The notes: generated by a model from the sequence alone, not told the origin. A stretch of DNA of 64,000 nt from an uncultured Christensenellaceae bacterium (GCA_910585035.1 CAJUEF010000007.1:1039-65038); one strand, 5' to 3'; shown: positions 17,289 to 26,285, numbered from the stretch's first letter. Numbers and translations: made by a program.

Positions 17289-17861
17289 TCAATATAAAAC
17301 CTTTACCCCGTAAAGAATCATCTGACCTGCCAGTGCGGACATTTGCTCGGGAGTTTCTTTCATACCTTCCTCCAGCCATTTCATGAAAAGACCGGTGCAG
17401 CCCGAAACTATAAAAGAGTAATAATATTCAAAATTTTGAGCATTCTTTTCGCTGTAATATGACATCCAGTCTCTTAAACATTTTTCTCTTACAAGGTTTT
17501 TAAGCCTGTCCATAAACGCAACATCTCCGTTAGGCCCCAGCAACACCATGCACATTTTAGAGTTATCCTGAAGAAACTTAAACACGTCAATCAAAATTGA
17601 AAGAGGACGGGATTCCTCATCGTCCTGTCTATCGTTTAAAATATGATTAAATTCATCAAACATTTCCTGTTCCAGACTGTCAACCATATCAAAAATATCT
17701 TTATAATGAAGATAAAAAGTACCCCTGTTTATATCAGCCAGTTCTGTAAGCTCTTTAACGGATATATCCCTTATGCCTTTTTCTGCCATAAGCTTGGTTA
17801 AAGCTGTTTTTAACTGGCTTTTCGTTTTTCTTACTCTCCGGTCTAAAGCTTTTTCACTCAT
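17289..17861 (-). CDS. TetR/AcrR-family transcriptional regulator
   Basis: N-terminal HTH (RRVRKTKSQLKTALTKLMAEKGIRDISVKELTELADINRGTFYLHYKD). Confidence 0.85.
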   Translation of the reverse strand: MSEKALDRRVRKTKSQLKTALTKLMAEKGIRDISVKELTELADINRGTFYLHYKDIFDMVDSLEQEMFDEFNHILNDRQDDEESRPLSILIDVFKFLQDNSKMCMVLLGPNGDVAFMDRLKNLVREKCLRDWMSYYSEKNAQNFEYYYSFIVSGCTGLFMKWLEEGMKETPEQMSALAGQMILYGVKVLY

Positions 17862-17995
17862 ATTAAGCCCTCCGCATTTGTATTGTGTACATTATAATAC
17901 ACATTTGTTTATAAAACAACATGAGTTAGCGCAAAATATAACTTTTATTTAAAAATGGCAGCAGTCCTAAAAATTTTATAAAGAAATATAAGCAT

Positions 17996-18796
17996 TTATC
18001 CGTGAAACCTGGATAAAAACGCTTTTGTACGCTCGTTCTTCGGATTTTCTATAACCTGGCTTGGGGGTCCCTCTTCTGCAATAACCCCATCGCTCATAAA
18101 AATAACCTTATCGGCAACTTCCGCTGCAAACTCAATTTCATGAGTAACCACAATCATTGTGCTGTCTGATGATTTTAAACCTTTAATAACCTTGAGAACC
18201 TCTCCTGTAAGTTCCGGGTCAAGGGCTGAGGTTGGCTCGTCAAAGCAAAGTATATCAGGGCTAAGACCAAGGGCTCTTGCAATAGCTACCCTTTGTTTTT
18301 GACCGCCGGACAGTTCACATGGATAAGCCTTCGTTTTTTCAAATAAACCCACATTTTTAAGCAGATCTAAAGATTTATTCTTTATATATTCGTTTGCCTG
18401 TTCCATTGTTTTACATCCATTATATTCTTTGCCCTTTTTAAACGCTTCCTTTGCCAGCAGCTCCTGAGCAATCATAACATTCTTTAAAACATTATACTGG
18501 GGAAAAAGATTAAAGGATTGGAACACAAGCCCAAAGTGCAAACGTTTTTTTCTAATTTCTTCATCACTTATACGTGATTTGTTTTCACTGTTAAAAAGAC
18601 TTTCATCGCCAACTATGATTTCACCGCTTGAAGGTGTTTCTAAAAAATTAAGGCATCTTAAAAGAGTGGTTTTTCCGCTCCCTGAGCTGCCTATTATTGC
18701 AAGCACTTCTCCCTTTTCAAGAGAAAAGCTGATGCCCTTTAGCACCTTTGTTTTTCCAAAATCCTTATGTATATCTTTAATTTGTAAAACAGCCAT
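17996..18796 (-). CDS. Polar amino-acid ABC transporter ATP-binding protein
   Basis: Walker [10 protein letters not shown], signature LSGGQKQR, Walker [12 protein letters not shown]. Confidence 0.9.
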   Translation of the reverse strand: MAVLQIKDIHKDFGKTKVLKGISFSLEKGEVLAIIGSSGSGKTTLLRCLNFLETPSSGEIIVGDESLFNSENKSRISDEEIRKKRLHFGLVFQSFNLFPQYNVLKNVMIAQELLAKEAFKKGKEYNGCKTMEQANEYIKNKSLDLLKNVGLFEKTKAYPCELSGGQKQRVAIARALGLSPDILCFDEPTSALDPELTGEVLKVIKGLKSSDSTMIVVTHEIEFAAEVADKVIFMSDGVIAEEGPPSQVIENPKNERTKAFLSRFHG

Positions 18797-18801
18797 GCTT
18801 T

Positions 18802-19452
18802 CTATCCTTTATAATAATCCATTTTCTTTTCTGTGTAACTCAGCAGCAGTGAAAGAATACCGCTGAATACCAAAAAGAATACGCCGGTGTAAAACAGCGG
18901 CCAAATAAGGCCTTCCGAGGTATAAGCTGTAGACACCATAACAACTTCCGCAACAGCGATAACTCTTGCAAGAGACGTATCTTTAACAAGAGTTATTATT
19001 TCGTTGCCAATAGGGGGTATTATTCTTTTTAAAACCTGGAACAAAATAATATGAAAAAATATCTGTGCCCTTGTCATTCCAAGCACTTGACCTGCTTCAT
19101 ACTGACCCTTAGATATGCTTTCAATGCCGCCTCTGTATATTTCAGAAAAGTATGCCGAATAGTTTATGACAAAAGCAATGAGCGCCGCTGTCATTCTCGA
19201 ACGGAAAGGCATATCAAAAACAATGCCCGGCATGTAAAGAACAACAAAAAGCTGGAGCATCAGGGGAGTTCCCCTGATGACCCAGACCAGTGTTTTTGTC
19301 AGCCACTTCAGCGGCTTAAATTTAGACATTGACCCATAGGTAACTACAAGCCCAAGAGGCAGCGCCATTATAAGTGTCATAAAAAATATATAGATGTTAA
19401 ACCAAAAGCCTTTTAAAAGCTCAATGTTTATAACCGCAAAAGATGAACCCAT
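18802..19452 (-). CDS. Polar amino-acid ABC transporter permease
   Basis: 216 aa, 5 TM, with an EAA-like loop (..[24 protein letters not shown]..). Confidence 0.85.
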   Translation of the reverse strand: MGSSFAVINIELLKGFWFNIYIFFMTLIMALPLGLVVTYGSMSKFKPLKWLTKTLVWVIRGTPLMLQLFVVLYMPGIVFDMPFRSRMTAALIAFVINYSAYFSEIYRGGIESISKGQYEAGQVLGMTRAQIFFHIILFQVLKRIIPPIGNEIITLVKDTSLARVIAVAEVVMVSTAYTSEGLIWPLFYTGVFFLVFSGILSLLLSYTEKKMDYYKG

Positions 19453-19483
19453 AATTATTTCCGCCTATATCCACAAATTAATA

Positions 19484-20362
19484 TTATTGATTATTTGCTT
19501 TTACCTTAATAAGCTCTTGTAATTTATATTTTTCTGCAATTCTATCAAGGGTGCCGTCATTTGCCAGTTCCTGAATTGCTCCGTTTACCTTTTCAAGAGT
19601 TACAGGGCTGTTCTTTCTAAAAGCAATACCGTATTCCTCATCAGCAAAGCCCTTATCGGCAACAACAGCAAGGTCTGCATAATCTGTTCCTTCACCAATA
19701 GAACCGATAGACATTACATAGTCGATAATTCCAATATCCGCTGTTCCTGATTTAATCTCAAGAAGAACCTTTGACTGAGCGTCTACAGCCGTGTAATTTG
19801 CTTCTTTAAAGAATTCATCCTCTTTTGCAACAGTTTCTCCGGCAGAGCCTTTTTCCGCAACAACAGAAGCGCCTTTCACACCTTCGGCAGAAGCAAATTT
19901 TCCTTCATTGCCTTTTTTCACAACCATAACCTGCTTGTTGGCCATATAAGGCAACGATATATCCATGTTTGTTTTTCTTTCTTCATCAATAGTCATACCG
20001 TTCCAAATACAATCAATATTTTTTGAATTAAGCTCTGTCTCTTTAGCAGACCATTCAATTTCAATAAAATTAGCTTTTACACCAAGCTTTTCACAAACAG
20101 CCTTTGCAAACTCTGTTTCAAAGCCTGTAAGTTCTCCGTTTTCGTCCTTGTAATTCATTGGAGCAAAATATGTAACTCCAATAATCATTTCACCTTTGCC
20201 TTCAATATAACTCCAGTCACTGTTTGCATTTGCTGCCGCACCGCTCTGATTATTTGCGTCATTATTACCTGCATCGTTTTTCTTTGAACAGCCGGCAAAA
20301 ACGCCCATAACCATAAGAGCCGCAAGGGCTGTTCCAAGAATTCTCTTTGTCTTTTGTCCCAT
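19484..20362 (-). CDS. Amino-acid ABC transporter substrate-binding lipoprotein
   Basis: Lipobox VFAGC. Family-3 SBP-like body. Start moved to the ATG at 20362, which has GGAGGG 7 nt upstream. Confidence 0.85.
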   Translation of the reverse strand: MGQKTKRILGTALAALMVMGVFAGCSKKNDAGNNDANNQSGAAANANSDWSYIEGKGEMIIGVTYFAPMNYKDENGELTGFETEFAKAVCEKLGVKANFIEIEWSAKETELNSKNIDCIWNGMTIDEERKTNMDISLPYMANKQVMVVKKGNEGKFASAEGVKGASVVAEKGSAGETVAKEDEFFKEANYTAVDAQSKVLLEIKSGTADIGIIDYVMSIGSIGEGTDYADLAVVADKGFADEEYGIAFRKNSPVTLEKVNGAIQELANDGTLDRIAEKYKLQELIKVKANNQ

Positions 20363-20758
20363 GTGAAATCCCTCCAAAATAATATTGTGATGTTATTATA
20401 ACATAATTAGTCTTTGTGTTAGCAAAGTATGGCGATAGCCATAAAACCGCAAGGTTTTAATTATGTTCCAATGTTCTCCGGAATGCTCAAAATCTTTGAT
20501 TTTGCCAGTAATCCGTAAAGTTATTATACATTATCATTTTACCAAAGTAAAGCGATAAAATAAATTTTATTAAAATGATTTTGCAAATATTGAGGATATT
20601 ATAAGGCTTTATCGGTTAATAGGGTTTATTATGCAAACCTTCGTAGTATCAGTAGACATTTAACTTTGCAGATGTTATTATTTTACTATGCTCAATAAAG
20701 CGCCTGATTTAAAAGCTCTTTTTGAGCATTATAAAAAATAAAAAGGATTTGTGCATTG

Positions 20759-22027
20759 ATGAAAATAGCCGCTCTTACAATATTTATATTGACCTATGCC
20801 GCGCTTCTGTTTTTACCTAAATGGCGGGCGCATGTTGCGCTTATTATGGGTATCGCCATGGTTGTTATCGGTGTGCTTCCATCTGAAAAAGTAATAAGTT
20901 CCATAGATTGGAACGTAATAATGATGATTGCAGGCACAATGGGAATAGTATCTTTATTTATAGAATCTAAAATGCCTGCGCTTATGGCTGACTGGCTTAT
21001 AAATAAAACCCCCAATGTAAAGTGGGCGATTATTTCTCTTTCGCTGTTTGCCGGCTTTATTTCTGCATTTGTAGATAACGTTGCAACAGTTCTTATGGTT
21101 GCTCCCGTTGCCATGACCATTGCAAGCAAGCTGGATATTTCGCCTGTACCTGCCATAATAAGTATTTCCGTATCTTCCAATTTGCAGGGAGCAGCTACCC
21201 TTGTGGGGGACACCACATCAATCCTCCTTGGCGGATATGCAGATTTAGACTTTTTTGACTTTTTTATATTTCAGGGAAAACCGGGGCTGTTTTGGATAGT
21301 TCAAATAAGCGCTTTAACCTCAGCTTTGGTGCTATATTTTGTCTTTCGTAAAGATAACGCTTCCATATCCCAGCAAAGCATGACAAAGGTTACCGATTAT
21401 TTTCCAACAATTCTTCTTCTTGGAATGATAGTGCTGCTTATAATATCATCCTTTTTTCCTGGCAAACCGTCCTTTACTGCAGGGCTTATCTGTTTTAGCC
21501 TTATGATAATCGGAATAATTTATGACATCATAAAAAGCGGCAGCCTGGACGGATTTAAACAAACCTTTTTAGAAATAGATTACATAACTCTTGCTCTTCT
21601 TGCAGGTCTTTTCGTTGTAATTGCCGGCATTACCGAAGCAGGAATAATTGACGATATCAGCAGGCTGTTTTTAAAAGTCGGCGGCGGGAATATATTTATT
21701 TTGTATTCACTGCTTGTATGGGCTTCAGTATTCTTCTCGGCATTTATAGACAACATACCATATGTTGCAACCATGCTCCCTGTAACTGCGTCTATTGCCG
21801 CAAGTATTGGAGTTGAACCTTACCTACTTTATTTCGGTCTCCTTTGCGGAGCCACTCTTGGAGGTAATTTTACACCTATTGGGGCAAGCGCGAACATAAC
21901 TTCTCTCGGTATCCTCCGTAAAGCGGGACATGAGGTTAAAACAAAAGACTTTATGAGTATAAGCGTGCCTTTCACCCTTGCTGCCGTTGTAACAGGATAT
22001 ATACTTGTATGGATTATATACAGATAA
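20759..22027 (+). CDS. ArsB/NhaD-superfamily (citrate-transporter-like) anion permease
   Basis: About 420 aa with 10 or more TM segments. The sequence style (..VDNVATVLMVAPV.. / ..IDNIPYVATMLPV.. duplicated motif) is typical of this superfamily. Confidence 0.7.
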   Translation: MKIAALTIFILTYAALLFLPKWRAHVALIMGIAMVVIGVLPSEKVISSIDWNVIMMIAGTMGIVSLFIESKMPALMADWLINKTPNVKWAIISLSLFAGFISAFVDNVATVLMVAPVAMTIASKLDISPVPAIISISVSSNLQGAATLVGDTTSILLGGYADLDFFDFFIFQGKPGLFWIVQISALTSALVLYFVFRKDNASISQQSMTKVTDYFPTILLLGMIVLLIISSFFPGKPSFTAGLICFSLMIIGIIYDIIKSGSLDGFKQTFLEIDYITLALLAGLFVVIAGITEAGIIDDISRLFLKVGGGNIFILYSLLVWASVFFSAFIDNIPYVATMLPVTASIAASIGVEPYLLYFGLLCGATLGGNFTPIGASANITSLGILRKAGHEVKTKDFMSISVPFTLAAVVTGYILVWIIYR

Positions 22028-22049
22028 AAAAGATGCATAAGCATCTTTT

Positions 22050-22457
22050 TTATTTTAATTCAGATGTACAGTGAGGGCAGCGGGAAGCTTCTATATTAAC
22101 AGTCTCTTTGCAATAAGGACATTGTTTTTCACTTATAAGGGTTTCTTTCCCTGTAATATTGAGCTTATTTATCCCTTTGACGAAAACAAATATGGCGAGA
22201 GCAATAATAAAAAAATTTAATACGGCGGCAATAAAATTACCATAATTTATAACCGAAGCAGTTTCACCTTTACCAACAGCCAGCTTCCACGAAGTAAAAT
22301 CTATTCCAACAGTAAAAACAGATATTACAGGCATAATTACATCATTTACAAGGGCGTTTACTATACTTGTAAAAGCTGTTCCTATAATAACGCCCACAGC
22401 AAGATCAACCACATTACCCTTTGATATAAATTTTTTAAACTCATTTACAATGCTCAT
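22050..22457 (-). CDS. mscL: Large-conductance mechanosensitive channel with C-terminal zinc-ribbon extension
   Basis: FKKFISKGNVVDLAVGVIIGTAF is the MscL signature. The C-terminus carries CPYC..x13..CPHC. Confidence 0.9.
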   Translation of the reverse strand: MSIVNEFKKFISKGNVVDLAVGVIIGTAFTSIVNALVNDVIMPVISVFTVGIDFTSWKLAVGKGETASVINYGNFIAAVLNFFIIALAIFVFVKGINKLNITGKETLISEKQCPYCKETVNIEASRCPHCTSELK

Positions 22458-22567
22458 TTAAACACTTCCTTTTCATTAATTATGTTATAACCAGTTTACC
22501 AGATAATTACTTGGTGTTTTACATAATTTTACTTAAAATAACATGATTGTTAATTTATTCACTATTG

Positions 22568-22596
22568 TTGACAAAGCAAAAATATGATGATATAGT
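22568..22596 (+). promoter_or_regulatory. Sigma-A promoter with extended -10, TTGACA-17 nt-(TGa)TATAGT
   Basis: TTGACA at 22568-22573, TG at 22588-22589 and TATAGT at 22591-22596. Confidence 0.6.
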
Positions 22597-22635
22597 GTTA
22601 GCAATAAAAATATTTTCGTAAAAGGAGAAAGCATT

Positions 22636-22722
22636 ATGAAGAAGTTTAACGCAGCTAAGATGATGATGGAAATGTGCATGCTTTGCCGCGCTGATTTTCC
22701 AATGTGCTTTCTGTCATACTAA
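22636..22722 (+). CDS. 28-codon Met/Cys-rich mini-ORF (MKKFNAAKMMMEMCMLCRADFPMCFLSY); candidate leader peptide of metQNI
   Basis: AAGGAG lies 8 nt upstream. 7 Met and 3 Cys in 28 codons, with 5 Met in codons 9-15. Followed 42 nt later by a strong terminator. Confidence 0.45.
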   Translation: MKKFNAAKMMMEMCMLCRADFPMCFLSY

Positions 22723-22764
22723 CGAATTTTGAATTAAAAAAGCAAAATTATTTTGTATTACCTA

Positions 22765-22797
22765 AGGGAAGCTTTATTGGAAGCTTCCCTCTTTTAT
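22765..22797 (+). terminator. Intrinsic terminator (candidate attenuator) in the metQNI leader
   Basis: 10-bp perfect stem AGGGAAGCTT-tattgg-AAGCTTCCCT followed by CTTTTATTAT. Confidence 0.7.
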
Positions 22798-23003
22798 TAT
22801 GCTTGAAAGGAGTTTATAATGAAAACAACAGCACATATAATCGTTGAAACCAATATAAAAAATAAACGAATGTGAAATGGCAGCTTTAAAAATAAAACAT
22901 TTAAGTTAAACAAAGAAACACTTTTTGTTTCTTAAAACGAAATATTTTTTTAAGATATTTTCGTTATAATAAAAAATAAAAATATTAAGGAGAGTTTTTA
23001 CTT

Positions 23004-23873
23004 ATGAAAAAATTTATTTCTTTTGTTCTTGCGGCAGCGCTCACAGTTGCCGGTATTGTTTCTCTTTCCGCATGCTCAAACTCAAATAAAAAGAGCGGCG
23101 GAGTTACCATCGCCGTTCCAAACGACACAACAAACGAAGCTCGTGCGCTTTTGCTTTTACAGGATAACGGCTACATTAAATTAAAAGACGGCACAGGCAT
23201 AACTGCAACTATTCAGGATATTCAGGACAACCCATATAACATCACCTTCAAAGAAGTCGAGGCTGCCCAAATTCCAAATGTACTTAAAGATGTAGACTTT
23301 GCTGTTATAAATTCCAACTATGCTATTGAAGCAGGAATTAACCCGGCTCAGCAGTCTCTTGCTACCGAGGGTTCCTCATCTGCTTACAGCAACATTGTGG
23401 CTGTAAAAGAAGGTAATGAGGCAAGTGACAAAACAAAGGCCCTTATTGCAGCCCTTAAGAGCGAAAAGGTTGCAACTTATATTAAGACCCAGTATGCCGG
23501 CGATGTGGTAAGCGTTGTTGAAAATCCTGGAAACGGTTTTGACGACACAGTTAATTATGACGCATTATCAGGCTCAACTATTTCCGTTGCAGCTTCTCCA
23601 ACTCCTCATGCTGAAATTCTTAAAATAGCTCAGGAAATTTTAAACGAAAAAAATATTACTCTTAAAATAGTTGAATACACTGATTACGTTCAGCCAAACA
23701 ACGTTGTTGAAAGCGGCGAGCTTGATGCTAACTACTTCCAGCATTTCCCTTATCTTGACGATTTCAACAAAGAAAACAACACTCACTTAGTATCTGCCGG
23801 AGACATTCACGTTGAGCCTCTTGGTATATACGGCGGAAAACAAAATAATCTTGATGCTATTAAAAACCAGTAA
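23004..23873 (+). CDS. metQ: Methionine ABC transporter substrate-binding lipoprotein (NlpA/MetQ family)
   Basis: Lipobox LSAC. NlpA-family body (..NDTTNEARALLLLQ.., ..DANYFQH.PYL..). Confidence 0.9.
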   Translation: MKKFISFVLAAALTVAGIVSLSACSNSNKKSGGVTIAVPNDTTNEARALLLLQDNGYIKLKDGTGITATIQDIQDNPYNITFKEVEAAQIPNVLKDVDFAVINSNYAIEAGINPAQQSLATEGSSSAYSNIVAVKEGNEASDKTKALIAALKSEKVATYIKTQYAGDVVSVVENPGNGFDDTVNYDALSGSTISVAASPTPHAEILKIAQEILNEKNITLKIVEYTDYVQPNNVVESGELDANYFQHFPYLDDFNKENNTHLVSAGDIHVEPLGIYGGKQNNLDAIKNQ

Positions 23874-23891
23874 AATCATTTAGCAATAGAG

Positions 23892-23927
23892 TAATGCGCC
23901 TGCTGTTTTTTTACAGTGGGCGCATTA
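23892..23927 (+). other. Stable stem-loop between metQ and metN with no U-tail
   Basis: TAATGCGCC-tg-CTGT-ttttttt-ACAG-tg-GGCGCATTA: 9+4 bp with a symmetric internal loop. Confidence 0.6.
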
Positions 23928-23948
23928 TCCTGCCTTGGAGGTTTTCTA

Positions 23949-24959
23949 ATGATAGAAATAAAAAATCTTTCCAAATCTTTTAACACATCTGACGGAAAGG
24001 TTGAAGCCTTAAGAGATGTTTCTCTTACAATACCTGATGGAGATATTTTTGGTATTATCGGTATGAGCGGTGCAGGAAAAAGCACTCTTGTACGGTGCAT
24101 TAACATGCTTGAGCGTCCAACGTCCGGCACTGTGGCTATAGACGGACGCAATATTGGCAGCCTTCCTGAAGCTGAGCTCAGAAAAGTTCGCAGAAACATA
24201 ACGATGATATTTCAAGGGTTTAATCTGCTTATGCAGCGGACCTGCCTTAAAAATGTCTGCTTTCCTCTGGAGCTTGCGGGAATAAAAAAAGCAGACGCAG
24301 AAAAAAAAGCAATGGAGCTTTTGGAAACCGTGGGTCTGCCGGATAAAGCAAATTCATACCCTGCTCAGCTCTCAGGAGGACAGCAGCAAAGAATAGCCAT
24401 TGCCAGAGCCCTTGCAACTAATCCAAACGTGCTGCTTTGTGATGAAGCAACCAGCGCTCTTGACCCTAAAACCACCCATTCCATATTAGAGCTTATTCGC
24501 TCAATTAACCAAAAGCTTGGAATTACAGTTATAATCATTACCCACCAAATGAGCGTTGTTGAGGAAATCTGTAATCACGTAGCTATTCTTGACAAGGGTA
24601 AAGTGGTTGAACAGGGTGAGGTTGGTTCTATATTTTCCTGCCCAAAATCAGAGGCGGCAAAGCGGCTGGTATTCCCTGACGGTGCAGATGATGTACTCGC
24701 AGGCAACCCGGATGAGTGCCCTATACGAATTGTGTTTAACGGAGCCCATACCACTAAAACACCAATCATAGCCCAAATGGCAATAGAGCATAATATTGCC
24801 GCAAATATCCTGTATGCTTCTACCAGGAGCATAGGAGATAAGGTTTATGGGAATATGCTTCTTGGCATTCCGGAAAAAGATGATCAGGTTCAAAGAGCCG
24901 TTAAATATTTAAATGGCATTAACAATTTAATCGTTGAGGAGGTGAAGGAAAATGTATGA
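23949..24959 (+). CDS. metN: Methionine ABC transporter ATP-binding protein with C-terminal NIL domain
   Basis: Walker A GMSGAGKST, LSGGQQQR, LLCDEATSALD. Start moved to the ATG at 23949, which has GGAGG 8 nt upstream. Confidence 0.9.
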   Translation: MIEIKNLSKSFNTSDGKVEALRDVSLTIPDGDIFGIIGMSGAGKSTLVRCINMLERPTSGTVAIDGRNIGSLPEAELRKVRRNITMIFQGFNLLMQRTCLKNVCFPLELAGIKKADAEKKAMELLETVGLPDKANSYPAQLSGGQQQRIAIARALATNPNVLLCDEATSALDPKTTHSILELIRSINQKLGITVIIITHQMSVVEEICNHVAILDKGKVVEQGEVGSIFSCPKSEAAKRLVFPDGADDVLAGNPDECPIRIVFNGAHTTKTPIIAQMAIEHNIAANILYASTRSIGDKVYGNMLLGIPEKDDQVQRAVKYLNGINNLIVEEVKENV

Positions 24960-25656
24960 TAAAGTATTTTCGTCCCAGGCTTTTGCAGAAGCAATGACTG
25001 TAATGCAAAACGAGTTTTTGTTTGCTCTTTGGGAGACCATATATGTAACTGTAGTTGCAACAGCTTTTGCTATAGTAATAGGTCTGCCCCTTGGTATTTT
25101 ACTGGTAGCAGGAGAAAAGGACGGCGTTTTGCCTTTGCCTAAAAGCCTTATGGGTATTCTTAACATAATAATAAATTTACTTCGGTCAATACCTTTTCTC
25201 ATCCTTATGATAATGGCCTTTCCTCTGGCAAGACTGATTGTTGGAACGGCGGTTGGCACAACCGCTTCGATTATTCCCCTTGTTATTGCGGCTTTCCCTT
25301 TTGTTGCACGGCTTGTTGAAAGCAGCCTTAGAGAAGTAAACCCAAATATAATTGAAGCAGCACAAAGCATGGGGGCTTCACCTTTTCAGATTATTACAAA
25401 GGTTTTAATTCCCGAGAGTATTCCTTCCCTTATTTCCAACTTTACCATTGCTATAACCACCATACTTGGTTATTCTGCAATGAGCGGAATTATCGGCGGC
25501 GGCGGACTTGGTAAAATAGCTATTAATTACGGTTATTACCGTTATAAATACCTTATAATGCTGTTTGCGGTTATTTTGCTTATTATATTGGTGCAGGTTT
25601 TCCAAAGCGTGGGTACCTACGCTGCAACAAAATCTGATAAACGCTTAAAACGCTAA
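24952..25656 (+). CDS. metI: Methionine ABC transporter permease
   Basis: Overlaps the metN stop. 5 TM with the typical MetI EAA loop (..IEAAQSMGASPFQII..). Confidence 0.9.
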   Translation: MYDKVFSSQAFAEAMTVMQNEFLFALWETIYVTVVATAFAIVIGLPLGILLVAGEKDGVLPLPKSLMGILNIIINLLRSIPFLILMIMAFPLARLIVGTAVGTTASIIPLVIAAFPFVARLVESSLREVNPNIIEAAQSMGASPFQIITKVLIPESIPSLISNFTIAITTILGYSAMSGIIGGGGLGKIAINYGYYRYKYLIMLFAVILLIILVQVFQSVGTYAATKSDKRLKR

Positions 25657-25700
25657 GTAGAAAAATAATTATAAAATAATATATTTTGTATAACACAAAC

Positions 25701-25732
25701 AAAAACCCCATTTATAAAAATGGGGTTTTTAT
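25701..25732 (+). terminator. Intrinsic terminator of metQNI
   Basis: AAAACCCCA-loop-TGGGGTTTT followed by a T-rich tail. Confidence 0.8.
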
Positions 25733-25765
25733 ATTACTTTTACAATACTATCTTATATCGTATAT

Positions 25766-25820
25766 GGTTTTTCTCTTGTTATTTCTCTTTTTTTAAAAAG
25801 AGAAGTAAGAAAAGCAAAAA
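25766..25820. repeat. Hairpin repeat element, copy C (core stem 25779-25808)
   Basis: TTATTTCTCTTTTT / AAAAAGAGAAGTAA, 14 bp with one G.T. Outer arms GGTTTTTCTCTTG / GAAAAGCAAAAAATC. Lies between convergent genes. Confidence 0.75.
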
Positions 25821-25821
25821 A

Positions 25822-26115
25822 TCACATTCCGTAATATGTTCTGCAGGTTTTGCCACCCTTTTCAACCTTTACTTTGCCTGCCTTACAGCTAAAATGAATG
25901 TTGAAAACGCAGTTTTCTGCAGAGCAAGAAATAGACGTGTCAAAATCCTGCCCAAATTCAACATCGCCTTTTAAAGACATTTTATAATCAGGCAGACCAT
26001 CATACGAATTACACCGGGCTCCTCCTGCCTTTGCCGACATCCTTAAATTTGAACAGCAGCATTGGCATTTTTTATTATGCACGCAGTCCAGCGCTAAACA
26101 TTCCAGTTGATGCAT
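25822..26115 (-). CDS. DUF1540 (Cys-rich) domain protein, two repeats
   Basis: LDCVHNKKCQCCCSNLRM.. and SCSAENCVFNIHFSCKAGKVKV.. match the C-x2-C-x-(H/F)N..C pattern of DUF1540. Confidence 0.7.
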   Translation of the reverse strand: MHQLECLALDCVHNKKCQCCCSNLRMSAKAGGARCNSYDGLPDYKMSLKGDVEFGQDFDTSISCSAENCVFNIHFSCKAGKVKVEKGGKTCRTYYGM

Positions 26116-26120
26116 ATTTT

Positions 26121-26285
26121 TTACTGAATGTTTGGATCTTCTTTAAAGCTAAGGCATCTTGTTCTGTGCTCTTTAACATCCTTTTGGCAGTAGCTAACCT
26201 CGATTTGTGGAAGTTGGCATCTGTTGCCTGCATGATGTGTGCACTCTGTAACTGTACATTGAATAAGCTGTGTTCCAATACCCAT
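26121..26285 (-). CDS. DUF1540 small protein (54 aa), absent from the ORF track
   Basis: MGIGTQLIQCTVTECTHHAGNRCQLPQIEVSYCQKDVKEHRTRCLSFKEDPNIQ. AGGAGG RBS 10 nt upstream. Stops 5 nt before the next DUF1540 gene. Confidence 0.65.
   Translation of the reverse strand: MGIGTQLIQCTVTECTHHAGNRCQLPQIEVSYCQKDVKEHRTRCLSFKEDPNIQ

Noticed and set aside
22819-22875. Second mini-ORF (MKTTAHIIVETNIKNKRM) in the metQNI leader as an independent gene
   Set aside because: It has a good RBS but no amino-acid bias or motif. I mention it under the leader finding and do not call it as a feature.
22458-23003. S-box (SAM-I) riboswitch or Met T-box upstream of metQNI
   Set aside because: I found none of the conserved S-box blocks (such as the GAGGGA / GCAACC / AAGGTGC-like segments) and no T-box sequence. 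The same holds for the short metA leader (60176-60352).
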